From assembly GCA_965644295.1 (NCBI GenBank), contig CBFFRP010000238.1, positions 248,001-312,000 of the forward strand: 64,000 bases of DNA, given 5' to 3'. The DNA comes from Paraphysomonas bandaiensis. Lineage: Eukaryota; Protista; Chrysophyceae. Of this stretch, positions 51,078 through 64,000 are shown piece by piece. The number at the start of each line of letters is the position of its first letter. The stretch's first letter is position 1. Position numbers and translations under genes: made by a program. The notes under the pieces were generated by a model that had not been told where the DNA came from, searched no databases, and saw only the letters and a program-made list of their open reading frames with translations.

Positions 51078-51900
51078 CGGCCATTACGTCACAATCATTT
51101 TATATGAGACTGTAGATGGAGAATGTGCTTTTGTTTCGTACATATATTGATTCCATCGTGTACATACTAACACTTTAATTGTAATAGATTTCGCCCCCTT
51201 TTTGCTCTCTAAAATGTGAGACGACATAAAATAGCTAATACTTCATCTTGTATTAGCAACATATGCTATACGTTAAAACTGCGATAGAGTATATATGTAC
51301 TTTCAATGTGTCAACCTAATTTATTCTAATGAGTCGGATTCGGACGTATCCTTCTAATTTCTGCAACTTATTTATTTCAGTGTTCTGGGGGATAAGTGAT
51401 AAGAACCTGAAAGGATTCGTCGGGAAACTCACATGAGCCGCAAACATAGACAGTCGTGAATGTCTCATAATTAGCAATAGATGTATAAGAGTCAGTTCTT
51501 AACTCTGATGTCCTCCTATTTAACGTTACAAAAACTGCTTGTATGTCACCGCAATTGTGGTGACAGCTGTGGCCGGGTGCAAGCATATTTCAATTAATTC
51601 TGGATGAATATTATGGTGATGTTGACGTCACCGATGATGGCTCAGAGGATGAGGACCAGGTGAATTCTTATTAGCTATAAGCAGTAGTGGGTTTGGTTGT
51701 CATGTAATCTTAATGACTCTAATACTAAAAATGGAATCTACGGATGTGTTTACTTACTGATTAGTCATACTAATATATTATTGCAATACATTGACAATAT
51801 ATTGCAATATATTGTAATTGTATTGTTGAGCCTGTTTAAAATCTCCATCAATACTATTGATGGAACGCTATCTAACCATAGTATTGCAATATATTTATAT

Positions 51901-52310
51901 CTCCGGAAAACTAACGTGAGCCGCATATATAGTCAGCAGATATTCTTCTGCCCACTCATAGCCGAATGCTTGTGTGTGGTACAAGGGACACAAATTAGTG
52001 TCGCTTGTGTAGACGTCTTCTTTGGGCCTTGACGAATATACAGGCATCCGGGAATGAGCCCACCTCAAGGGAATCCGGAGTATTGGGCTACGTGCTGAAA
52101 TCAAGCATCGGGCTGTTCACCTTAAGCATGTCCGCTGAGTTTGCTTTTAGTGGTGGCACCTTGGCGCTTGCGGTAACGCACAAGCAGCTTTCGTAGCGCT
52201 AAATAGAAAAAATATATATATATCAAAGTAAGCACTAGTTAAATTGTTTTGCTACATTATTTCTGACTCATACACGCCTATTGCTAATAACCAGACATTC
52301 ACTACTAGTA
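51901..52310 (+). mobile_element. 5'-truncated ribozyme-headed retroposon copy
   Basis: Begins within P4/J4/2 (GAAAACTAACGTGAGCC) and ends CAGACATTCACTACTAGTA. Confidence 0.8.
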
Positions 52311-52609
52311 GTGTGTACTTTATACCACACAAACATTAGGCTATTTGAGTGGGCAGAACATTAGGCTATATTAGGTTAGTAGAAGTATTTTTCGCGTTGC
52401 CCCTGCTACTAGCTCCATTTACCTATGTTGAGATTGCACACGCTCCAATCGAATAACCTGATTTTGGATTTATTGCATAATATATATAATATATATAGCT
52501 ATCATCTCCACCTCTACTACATGCAATTAACACCTCTACATGCGTCGTTTCCGAGCATAATAGATAGGTACTAATACTACTGTAAGCAGTAGTGATGAAG
52601 ATAGCAATA

Positions 52610-52634
52610 TAGGGTTAGGGTTAGGGTTAGGGTT
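52610..52634 (+). repeat. Interstitial telomere-like repeat (TTAGGG)x~4
   Basis: TAGGGTTAGGGTTAGGGTTAGGGTT read directly. Confidence 0.7.
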
Positions 52635-53219
52635 GAGTACCTATATGCTCGGAGACGATGCGGCAACAGCCGTGTTGGGGGCACATTACTAGTAGGTGGA
52701 GGATGATCATTTTTCATCATCAAATGATCACGAAGTTCTGCTAGACCGTACATCATTTATTTACTGACGAAGTTCTGCAACAGCGGTACCATATGTAAGA
52801 AAGTAGTGAAATATAGTAATTATACATAATATTCTTCACACTGTTAATATCTTCATAATATATAGTGGTATATCGTGAGATGGTATAGTGATGTATGTAT
52901 TATACGTGAAACTTCCAGTCGTCGCTTCTCCTCCTCTAGTCGCGACGTCGACACCCCTGCAGCAGATTCCGTGTGTGGACAGACACAATGTGTTCGATGA
53001 GTACATCATGCAACAACAAATTATGCAGGATCGAACAGCTCGTGAAATACACTCTCATGAGCAAACCCTGAGGCTTCAAATTTACGAGAATCTTCTAATG
53101 CGGAGAGGTAGATAGTAGTTTGTACTGCTATTTTATCTACTTCTGTAGAAATTTAACACTTATAGCAGTTAAGTTAATAATAATTGCGTTATAGTTAGAT
53201 GGTATAGTGGTAGTATAAT

Positions 53220-54025
53220 CAGGGCTAGGAAACAATATATTGAATTGCAATACATTGTACAATATATTGCAATATATTGTAAAATATTATATTGATTGGT
53301 CGACCGGCCAAAAATCCCATCAATATTGTTTCTGTTAAAGTATCTCACAATATATTGCATTATATTGCAATCAATATTATGATAGTCATATAAGAGAAGA
53401 TTCTCAACTGTAGGGTGCAAAATGGATATTAATAACCGAGAAATTGATTACAACTTTACAGAGGATGATGAAGCTGATGTTGACTATATGCGACTAAAAA
53501 TCTTCAGCCAGCTCAAAAAATTAAGAAACGTACAGATCCACGAGTCATTAACGGTTACCAGTCCCTGGTATGTACTTCCAATACATGGGAGCGTCTGTTC
53601 AGCGCAGCTAAATATATTATATCAGTGTTGCGCTAAAGTATCCATCCTGCTTAATATGTTGTTGTTTCTGAAAGCAATTCGACAGTTGTGGCCGAATACT
53701 GGCATATTTCAATAAATTTTGTGGATGAATATTATGGTGATGTTGACGTCACCGATGATGGCTCAGAGGATGAGAACTAGGTGGATTTTTATTAGCTATA
53801 AGCAGTAATTGGTTTGGTTGTCATGTGATCTTAATGACTAATACTAAAAATGGAATCTACGGATGTGTTTACTTACTGATTACTCATACTAATATATTGC
53901 AATACATTGACAATATATTGCAATATATTGTAATTGTATTGTTGAGCCTGTTTAAAATCTCCATCAATACTATTGATGGAACGCTATCTAACAATAGTAT
54001 TGCAATATATTGTTTCCTAGCCCTG
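53220..54025 (+). mobile_element. Complete 806-bp hAT non-autonomous element
   Basis: 23-bp perfect TIR CAGGGCTAGGAAACAATATATTG and perfect 8-bp TSD AGTATAAT. TATTGCAATA subterminal motifs. hAT C-terminal remnant (..RLFSAAK, MLLFLKA.RQLW). Confidence 0.93.
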
Positions 54026-54408
54026 AGTATAATAACATAGTGATGCATATAGTGAGATGGTATCTGGGTGTATAGTGAGATATATGGTTATAGTTCGTAC
54101 TTGTGTGAACTGTATGTAATATATATGTGTAGTCAGTGACTTCTATAGCTGTAAAACTGAAGTAATATGGAAGCAATAAGTAAAAATATTATAAATAATA
54201 CTTTTCACATTGTTAATATCTTCATAGTTACTTATTGTGCACAGTTATACCCTTTTCCAACCATCATCAAATATTTCACCAGGTTTTGGTATTACCTCGA
54301 CTTATAGTTACTTATTGTGTATAGTTATACCTATTTCCGGCCGTCATCATCTAAACTTTCACCAGGTTTTATACATTTTACCATACTTTGATATATATTA
54401 CCCCGACT

Positions 54409-54673
54409 TCTGCTGAAGTGAAGCATTCGGGCTGTTCACCTTAAGGACTCAAAAATTCTGGAGTCAGCAAGTGTCAGGTATATCAACATTATTCTGCTTG
54501 CTCACTGCGTTTGCTTTGAGCGTTAGGGCGAAAGTGGTTATACCTTGGTGCAAGAAATAGTAGAGAGTTAAATAGTAGGGTAGCAGAGTTAAGCACTAGT
54601 TAGTTAAATTGCAATGCTAAATTAGTTCTGACTCTTAAACGCCTATATTGCTAATAATCAGACATTCACTACT
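54409..54673 (+). mobile_element. 3' half of the retroposon family
   Basis: Matches the middle and tail of the 41-kb and 60-kb copies; ends TAATAATCAGACATTCACTACT. Confidence 0.75.
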
Positions 54674-54956
54674 GTTGTCTCGATGTTACCGATGTAAAAT
54701 ACTTCCTCTTGTTAACAAGCAAAAGTTTCAGATGCGCATAAGTGCAAGTACAACAACGACTGATGTCAAAGGGTAGTACTACAACAACAAACAACACGGG
54801 GAAAGTGAAAACCTCTGTGTTATGTTAACAAAAAAGTACAATACCCGCTACCAATAGCTTCAAAATATGCACTAAATTAATCGGCCATGTAGATAGTGTA
54901 CGCACCTCTGTATATCTATATACATTTCAGGGAACATGTTGATGTGACAGACAATA

Positions 54957-56229
54957 CTACAACTCTCCAGAATCTGTGTACATGCTCTTCTTGTCAATAC
55001 TGTATAATCTAGCTATCTCAGACGACAGTTCTTCTTCGCCCCAAGTATCGTATGCGTTTTTTCCACCATGAATTGCCACCGAGCTGTCAGCGCTAGTCTG
55101 AGTGGGCTCACTCACAGAGCTCACTCTTCGTGTGTCCGTACTTACGCTTGACCGCCCCTCACGCGCCCAGAAGCCTACCGAAAACCTATGCAATGCAGAG
55201 ACAACGTCTCCATTCTCCGTATGCTCTTCTTCATAAAAATTGCTGCTATCACTATCCCGATAGCGTGATGCTACGACACCTTCAGAGCAGCTGTGAGAGT
55301 CCGGAAACCCCCGGAAACCTCCGTCAACTACGCTCCTTCTAGATAGCGAACTACAGCAGCACATTGAAAGTATGACGGATAGATCACACTTTATGCATTC
55401 ATAGGCCCCTAGAGATAACAAGAAGTTATATATTACATAAAGTCAAGTGCAGAATAATAGCACCAGGTGAGACCATCACAAAGACGAGGAAGAAGCCAAG
55501 ACCAGCACTAGGAAGAGTGAGCACATATAAGAAAAATGAAATGCGCTTGCTCAGCGACTCATCCGCGTCATAAGTGTATCCATGTCCGTATAACTCTTCG
55601 TACCAAGCAACTCCTACTCGAGATAGGACTTGTACTATGGGGTAGTATTTGAACCGGTTCGCCAGGGCCCTCAGTGGATCTGAGGCAGATGACTTCAGCG
55701 ATGTCACACGCGGTGTTTTATCCAGCTGATTTAACTTATAGACAAGAACAGCATAAGAACCAATATTGAAAACGATCGATACAACACGAATCCAGTAGTA
55801 TACTGAAGATACAATCTCAAATTCCAGGTCTGAAAATGAAAAATAGGCGACAGGAACAACTACACCATAACAAGCTGCTGGAATTACCACTAAAAAAAAT
55901 ATTTTTCTAAAGTGCTCAGATACATTAATAGCTTGCATTGTCCAGACTGTATAGACAACAACAAACGATAACACATTTGTAACGAAAGTCGCCCACAGGC
56001 CGCTCATACTCCTCAGAGCGATGTACGCAAACTCAACTTCGCGACCAGGAAAAACGACCATAACAATACTGACATCGTACACAAACTGTGATACTGTTAG
56101 AAGTAATATCAGTTTGATGTACCCATTCCACCGCATCATCCTGGCCAGTATCCATAGCGTCAACAGCGAGCACGCAACACCTATAGAGCCACCAATAACA
56201 AGCAGTAGCAAGCCTAAGTTCAAAGCCAT
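54957..56229 (-). CDS. 7TM GPCR-like protein (cAMP receptor/Git3-like family), 2 exons
   Basis: Seven hydrophobic segments and the LANRFKYYPIVQV.SR motif. A Ser/acidic C-tail lies in the second exon. Confidence 0.75.
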
Positions 56230-56383
56230 AAAGAACTAATCCTCTAGATAAGAATTACTACTTTATATCCCTCAAAACCCATAATAAGAGAAAAACTAAA
56301 TCACAGTAACAACAGCAGAATTCTACACTCTCAAAACCACACCAAACATTCAAGATATATAACATATACGCACCTGTAATACC

Positions 56384-56777
56384 TGTATGTATGTATGTAT
56401 GTATGTATGTATGTATGTATGTATGTATGTATGTATGTATGTATGTATGTATGTATGTATGTATGTATGTATGTATGTATGTATGTATGTATGTATGTAT
56501 GTATGTATGTATGTATGTATGTATGTATGTAGGTAGGTAGGTAGGTAGGTAGGTATGTATGTATGTATGTATGTATGTATGTATGTATGTATGTATGTAT
56601 GTATGTATGTATGTATGTATGTATGTATGTAGGTATGTATGTATGTATGTATGTATGTATGTATGTATGTATGTATGTATGTATGTATGTATGTATGTAT
56701 GTATGTATGTATGTATGTATGTATGTATGTATGTATGTATGTAGGTATGTATGTATGTATGTAGGTATGTATGTATG

Positions 56778-56813
<36 letters not shown>

Positions 56814-56959
56814 TGTATGTATGTATGTATGTATGTATGTATGTATGTATGTATGTATGTATGTATGTATGTATGTATGTATGTATGTATGTATGTATGT
56901 ATGTATGTATGTATGTATGTATGTAGGTATGTATGTATGTATGTAGGTATGTATGTATG

Positions 56960-56995
<36 letters not shown>

Positions 56996-57029
56996 TGTAT
57001 GTATGTATGTATGTATGTATGTATGTATG

Positions 57030-57065
<36 letters not shown>

Positions 57066-57315
57066 TGTATGTATGTATGTAGGTAGGTAGGTAGGTATGT
57101 ATGTATGTATGTATGTATGTATGTATGTATGTATGTATGTATGTAGGTATGTATGTATGTATGTATGTATGTATGTATGTATGTATGTATGTATGTATGT
57201 ATGTATGTATGTATGTATGTATGTATGTATGTATGTATGTATGTATGTATGTATGTATGTATGTATGTATGTATGTATGTAGGTATGTATGTATGTATGT
57301 AGGTATGTATGTATG

Positions 57316-57351
<36 letters not shown>

Positions 57352-57485
57352 TGTATGTATGTATGTATGTATGTATGTATGTATGTATGTATGTATGTAT
57401 GTATGTATGTATGTATGTATGTATGTATGTATGTATGTATGTATGTATGTAGGTATGTATGTATGTATGTAGGTATGTATGTATG

Positions 57486-57521
<36 letters not shown>

Positions 57522-57551
57522 TGTATGTATGTATGTATGTATGTATGTATG

Positions 57552-57587
<36 letters not shown>

Positions 57588-57885
57588 TGTATGTATGTAG
57601 GTAGGTAGGTAGGTATGTATGTATGTATGTATGTATGTAGGTATGTAGGTAGGTATGTATGTATGTATGTATGTAGGTAGGTAGGTAGGTAGGTATGTAT
57701 GTATGTATGTATGTATGTATGTATGTATGTATGTATGTATGTATGTATGTATGTATGTATGTATGTATGTATGTATGTATGTATGTATGTATGTATGTAT
57801 GTATGTATGTATGTATGTATGTATGTATGTATGTATGTATGTATGTATGTAGGTATGTATGTATGTATGTAGGTATGTATGTATG

Positions 57886-57921
<36 letters not shown>

Positions 57922-57943
57922 TGTATGTATGTATGTATGTATG

Positions 57944-57979
<36 letters not shown>

Positions 57980-58213
57980 TGTATGTAGGTAGGTAGGTAG
58001 GTAGGTATGTATGTATGTATGTATGTATGTATGTAGGTAGGTAGGTAGGTATGTATGTATGTATGTATGTATGTAGGTAGGTAGGTAGGTATGTATGTAT
58101 GTATGTATGTATGTATGTAGGTAGGTATGTATGTATGTAGGTATGTAGGTAGGTAGGTAGGTAGGTAGGTATGTATGTATGTATGTATGTAGGTAGGTAG
58201 GTATGTATGTATG
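56384..58213. repeat. 1.83-kb (TATG)n microsatellite with TAGG/TA variants
   Basis: Read directly from the sequence. Confidence 0.98.
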
Positions 58214-58250
58214 ATGTTACTATCGTAGATTTACCACTTATCTGTCACAT

Positions 58251-59138
58251 ATGGAAGACCCACGGGGTACGCCTCTACAGGGTCATCTATGGCGTTGGAA
58301 TGACAGCCGTGGGTTAGTTTCATTCTGCACCGGTGATCTGACCTGTCCTTTTCAAGTGATCTGCATAGGGGGGCTCACAGATGGTCTCCTTCCCTGTCCT
58401 TGGGTGCCAGGGTTATCAACACGATGCAATGATATTGGATGGTCTGTTGTACAACCGCAGATATCGAGCTCCTATACCGGTTACGGAACTGGAAGTCTGG
58501 AAAGAGATTCGACTGAAATTTCTGAATTTGTGATTCATTTGAAAGAGAAATGGGGATGCAAGAAGATTGTCATAGTTGGGCACAGTACTGGATGCCAAAA
58601 TGCAGTGCACTTTGCAGCGAATGGGTTCCGAGAGGCTGTGTCGATGCTAGTGGGAATTGTTCTACAGGCTCCCGTCTCTGATCAGGAGGCTGGAACTCTT
58701 GACCCCCAAGTATTACCTCACTTGCAGTGGGCTTTAAAGCAACCAGAGAGTTCACTGGACACTTTGATGCCTATTGAGTCTCATTATTCTCCTATCACTG
58801 TGCGTAGATTTTTATCTCTTTTTAATCGATATGGTGATGATGATTTCTTTTCTTCCTACCTTTCTGACGAAGAACTTGACCACCGATTTCGCCATATTAA
58901 CAAATTACAAACATTGTCCAAAGTGTTAATAGCATATTCAATGGCGGACCAATATGTTCCTGAAAGTGTTGACAAAAGCACATTAGTGGATCGTCTTGTT
59001 CGCGCTATCGGTCCAAAAGCTGAGTCCCTAAAAATACCAAATGCTGATCATAGTTTGCTGTTCCCCATAGGCGGTAGTTCAGTCGAAGTGTTTGTAGAAT
59101 CTGTTGTTCAGCTACTACTTCAACTGTCTGATTCGTAG
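58251..59138 (+). CDS. DUF1749/UPF0613 (SidJ-like) alpha/beta hydrolase
   Basis: Motifs IGGLTDG, SSYTGYG, GHSTGCQ, LQAPVSD, DDFFSS, DQYVP and ADH. Confidence 0.9.
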   Translation: MEDPRGTPLQGHLWRWNDSRGLVSFCTGDLTCPFQVICIGGLTDGLLPCPWVPGLSTRCNDIGWSVVQPQISSSYTGYGTGSLERDSTEISEFVIHLKEKWGCKKIVIVGHSTGCQNAVHFAANGFREAVSMLVGIVLQAPVSDQEAGTLDPQVLPHLQWALKQPESSLDTLMPIESHYSPITVRRFLSLFNRYGDDDFFSSYLSDEELDHRFRHINKLQTLSKVLIAYSMADQYVPESVDKSTLVDRLVRAIGPKAESLKIPNADHSLLFPIGGSSVEVFVESVVQLLLQLSDS

Positions 59139-59441
59139 AACTCATATGAATTGTAATATCTATGAAAATGGGGATATTCACTGTTATATACAGTATTTTA
59201 ACGAAAATTTACATGATATTAAATATTAACCAGTATGTACTTCGCAGTAAAAGGGTGTGGTGATCAGCTACAGTGCACGGGTAGACGGGTGGTAGATGTG
59301 GTGTACCAGCGTGCCTACACCATGGCCACACGCACTCGGAATGGTGCAAGATTTTATCAACTATTACACTTTCAGTTTCTTTGTATATTTTATTTCAACT
59401 CACAACAGTAGTTAACAGCAAACAGTCGGTGTCAATCATTT

Positions 59442-60250
59442 CCTTCAACAAAGTCGGACTCGCACCTTTTCTGCGGATAAGTTTCTCCAGAAAACTAACG
59501 TGAGCCGCATATATATATAGTAAACAAATATGCAAACGTGGGAAAAAAATTCCCACGTTTGCATTCATTCCTTGTTAAAACTAGCTAGTTACTAGAGTGC
59601 TAATAAATAGTTCTCTGCATTTGAATTGAATATATTATAATATATTATTGACCAATATTTCAAATTAATATTATTTTTAGTATAAAATGGGCTCAACTAA
59701 CCGGTTGATATTGCTATGTACGTGAATGAGCTACAAACTAGTTCTCTAGCTAGTCATATATATTGTATTATATACTTAAAACCACATAATCATTGAACAG
59801 AAAAGAACAACAAACATACAATCAATACAATATATTATAGTAAACAGATATTGTTCTGCCCACTCACAGACGAATAAATGCTGTGTGGTACAAGAGACAC
59901 AAATTTGTGTCACTTGTGTAGACATCTTCAAGTCTTGACGAATATACAGGCATCCAGGGTATTGGGCTGCCTGCTGAAATCAAGCATCCGGGTTGATCAC
60001 CTTAAGAACTTGAAAATCCTGATTATTAGCAGATGTCTTGTATATCAGCACTGCGTTGGCTTTGAGTGATAGAGCGAAAGCGGTTGTACCTTGGAGCTTG
60101 CGGTGATACACAAGCACTTTCGTAGCGCTAATTAGTAGGATATAATATCAGAGCATAGCACTTCTAGTTAGAGTTAAATAGTTTGAGCACATTAGTCCTG
60201 ACTCATACACGCCTATATAGAGTATTGTTAATAATCATACATTCACTACT
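59442..60250 (+). mobile_element. Ribozyme-headed retroposon copy with ~310-bp internal insertion
   Basis: Starts CCTTCAACAAAGTCGGACTCGCACCTTTTC, is interrupted at ~59530-59840, and ends CATACATTCACTACT. Confidence 0.8.
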
Positions 60251-61432
60251 ATATACACGTATTTGGGACAACTCACGAGGTATGTTCATGATATTATATA
60301 TATGTTAGAATGTAGCCAAAATACAACAGAACACATCGATATAAGATATCATATATATCATGTATATCAAAGTATTATTATTATGATGATAAAAAGCTGA
60401 TTCTCCATATATAATATAAATATTAATAAAACAAAGCATTTGTTGAGGGTAATAATACGAGTATACAACAACGTCTAATAGAGTATAGTGGGGTGTACCA
60501 TTCAGCCCTATATCTAATCCTTGCTACTAGCCCGGTAATATCTTATAGTGTTATTATCATGTTGTAGTATAGACTGCTCTAACCTAATAAGGAGAGGGAC
60601 TTCTCATAGCACTTGCACGCTGGCTCTATATTAGATACCGGTTTCATACTACTTATAATATTTCCTAACCGCTCTGACGATCTCATGCATGCACTACAAT
60701 TCCCCCTACGTACTTTCATACTGCAAGAAACACGTACTTATGTACACGTACATGTACAACTGGAGCTGTATATGTATGTATACACAGAACACAGGTACAC
60801 CACGGTTGCACTTGCTTCTCAATCCAACCTCCTTAACCCTATATGGGGTCTAAACTACAACGATAGCGTATCTTTAATAACTCTACCTACAACTCACATT
60901 TTCCAGTAAAACGGCGTATATCAGAATCGTCACATATTTAAATTTTAAACTTTAAACTTTAAACAGCGTGAACTATTTCACTACAAAGTGAGCTACACTA
61001 GGTGTCCTTTTCGGCTGGTTTCTGGTCACTGGTCCAGAACTTTCTCTGCCCTATATTACAGAATCAGTCTCCCAAGTGTACCCTACTCTCTAACTCGTTA
61101 ACGTTTACCCAGGCATCACCTACTTTATACTTTGAATATTGCAAGCGATAAACACCATTTCTGCTTCGTACTCTTACTTGACAGATTCTTCAAACTGATG
61201 CAGTACAGGGCAGGCGATTGAGTCTTATCTACTGTTTACATAGTAGAACTATAGGTTTGTAGTGCATTAGGTGGGAGTCATCCAGCCCATAGGCAGATCG
61301 TAAATACAACGTGTTGCAGGATGCATGAGTATAGCAAGGCTTGCAGTCGTCATTTCTTTATTGTTTCCACGTCCATACATCCATCTCAAATACATAAATA
61401 ATAATAAAAACATTAATTACGCTGCATATATA

Positions 61433-64000
61433 TTAACCACTATCGTCATAGTAATAGTTGAATATATCCAACGCTATAGACCCAACAGCTCTAGATTTTC
61501 TAACAAAGAGCTGGTTAATAAAGGGGCTGTCATTATTCTCTCTGTTCGTGCTATCAGGAGAATCTGCTGGGGGAGGGGAAGTGCTGTTGACACACTCTTC
61601 AAATGCAGGAGATTGACGCCTGTCGAGAAAGAAGTCAATAATAACTTTATGGCTAGCATCGTCACTCTGCCAATGCAAACACGCCGTCGCCACATCCTGA
61701 CGACAAAAAAGCACAGCAACCAGTAGCACCACGTCTATCCGATCTACCATCCATGCTGCCGCGGCTAGACCTCGCAGCAACTGCTCAACCGATAAGGCTT
61801 TGCCCTTCGAAAAGGTCGGAACCGAAAACTTGCTCGCAGCTCTGCCATGCAATGGAACTGCAGTGAAACCCGGGCCACCACGAGGGGCACTCTCGTCCAT
61901 AGATTGTGTGGAACTAACAGTATGGCCAGTACGCTCTTCCAAATTATTATCGTCTGACGCATCCAAATTCGATGGGCAACGATCTCTGGCGTCAAATCTA
62001 ACACGATTGGACATGACATCCTTTCCTGATAGACAGGGGAGGTTCACCAGACAGCCACCATCGTGAGTATTCTCGGCGAAACTCACAAACATCTCTGTTT
62101 CACAGCGCTTTCTCAGTTCAAACTCTGGCAATGTCCTGGAGAAAACACGGTCCAAACTTCTATTGCACACACTGTTCAGCGGACTCCCCACAACAATCTT
62201 GATATGCTGCAACTCGAACGAACGAACGATTTGGTATAAAGAAGACGATTTAAAGTCTTCACTTGAATTATGTATAGGCGACTCATGACTTGAGCTGTGG
62301 TGAGACATAAATAGTGAGCGTTCTAACCACGAAACGGTGCTTGAGTTAGAAGTTAGTAAGTGAGTGTTGATAGAGGCCATAATAATAGCGCAAGAGTACC
62401 ACTTTTTCGTTGCTATTAGGTCGCGACAGGCCATGCTCACTATACCTCCCGTGTAAGAGTCGCGAAGAATACCTTCGACAGCAACTTGAATATCTCCTTC
62501 CGAATAGGGAGTAGCAATCCTCTCCAGGTGTGGTTCTGAATCATCCAGCCGATCCTGATCATACGTTTCAACTGCAGGATTAGATTGAAGGACGACACTC
62601 GAAAACGCGTAATAGACGTGCATACTCTCTCCTATACAAATACCGCGCACACCAGCCGTTTGGGGATTATGATCGTCACTACTATTGGCAGATGTTCGAA
62701 ACAGATGTTCCATGGGCACACAATTACTACCTGTATCGACACAGGAATCATAGGTATGGGATTTTCCACAATGCCTGCGTATGCGAGTTGCTCGCTCCCA
62801 ATACAATGGGCGGTGGAAAAGGTCAACATGGGTGTATGTGCGCGGGTTATGTGGTGAGAACGCATCTTGCATCAAGACATGCAGATCTGGTCCGATGAGA
62901 GGAGTTAACAGAGAAACTGACTCCACTAGCTGTTCGCCAACAGTGTGAACTGCCTTCATCACTACCGAACGCGGCACGTCTCCTCTCTCCTGCCTATATA
63001 TCAACTAAAACAAGTAAAGCAACGGAGTCACAATAGCATACTTGCTCCTACCTCAGCTGCCATTACATCTAGTCTTGCGCAGAAGTCGATACACTCTAAG
63101 CAATTATCGAGACTCAGGTGCCGTAAACATTCCCAGAGCAGCTCGATTGAGAGAATCAGAGATACGGCAACCGACTCCACAGACTGCGAACCACCCATTT
63201 GCTCGCAGGCGAGAGTTAGAAACCTAGCAGCATGAGTCAACGATCCTTTCGTTAGACAAAATTCGAAAATAGTCAGTTGGTCCCACGGAGAATCGTCAAC
63301 GCTCACATGGCGATACCGCGGCCCCGAAACAATATTGGCAGTCGATAATTTTGGAGCGCGTAAAGACGACAGACGACAGTTCGGGAGGGGGAAGAGTGAG
63401 GCACTCACACAGGGTTCTAGCTTGCGACTGAGACGAGAGAGCACCTCAATGAAAAGAACATCATCACATGCAAACAATACAGAAGTTAAAATCGCAAACT
63501 CTGGGCTATGTCTGCTGAATCCAGGGCGATCGATTAGGGCCTTCAGCGCCATCTCCATACCGTCAGCCAGCTGTTGCAGTGGTACAGGATGTCGAGACAC
63601 ATGAGATAATATAAATTTCATCCACCCAAGTGAAGACGCACTATATGTGTGGTACGGAATAGTCATATGGTCTGCCAGTGTGTTATCGTCGCCAGCCATA
63701 TGCACGAGTACTGCCTCCGGTCCAGTGGCACTCATGAGGGAGGAGGGACAAGAGTGGTTAAGGTTAAGTAGCCCTAGTATTAGCGAGAGCGGCATGAATG
63801 AATGTTGTAAGGTCAATACAGGAGTGGTAGAATGCGACTGTTCACTCGGTAAATGCAATGCAGAGGAGTGAGAGAGGTATGCGCACAAATTGTCATTTGG
63901 TTGAGACACAAGTTTCGAGTGTGCATCACGAATAGGAGCTGGGAGCACGGTACCGCCTTCTGAATCAGGAATAAGAGGGCTACAATCATTTGGCAACCAC
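61433..64000 (-). CDS. RIC1: RIC1 (Rab6 GEF subunit) C-terminal part, 5' end outside window
   Basis: LSRKLEPCVSASLFP...IFEFCLTKGSLTHAARFL...LLWECL..L.NCLECIDF resembles the RIC1 domain. Intron 63005-63051. Confidence 0.7.

Noticed and set aside
56559-57988. MYVC-repeat ORFs
   Set aside because: Translation artefacts of the (TATG)n microsatellite.

Overview
Eukaryotic genomic DNA from a probably flagellated protist: it has a DRC2/CCDC65 gene and short 45-60 nt GT-AG introns. A stramenopile-like origin is my inference only. About 13 host genes are present: alpha-SNAP-like, SDR, taxilin, BET bromodomain, DRC2, a Zn-finger/Tudor membrane protein, multicopper oxidase, SGNH/PC-esterase-like, TOP6B, PhyH-like dioxygenase, 7TM receptor, DUF1749 hydrolase and RIC1. 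They are separated by intergenic blocks full of nested transposons: a recent full-length Ty1/copia element, older copia remnants, several hAT-type non-autonomous elements with 8-bp TSDs, and non-LTR retroelement pieces. The most interesting signal is a dispersed ~0.5 kb non-coding retroposon with a 12-bp TSD. Its first ~87 nt fold as an HDV-like self-cleaving ribozyme resembling the trypanosomatid ingi/L1Tc Pr77 hallmark. Its 3' tail (a covarying GNRA hairpin plus a terminal motif) is shared with a ~145-bp mini-element and with longer elements. An RNase H-encoding LINE fragment shares only the terminal motif. Together these form a candidate LINE / ribozyme-headed SINE (SIDE/SIDER-like) system. 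All calls were made by eye; no searches were run.
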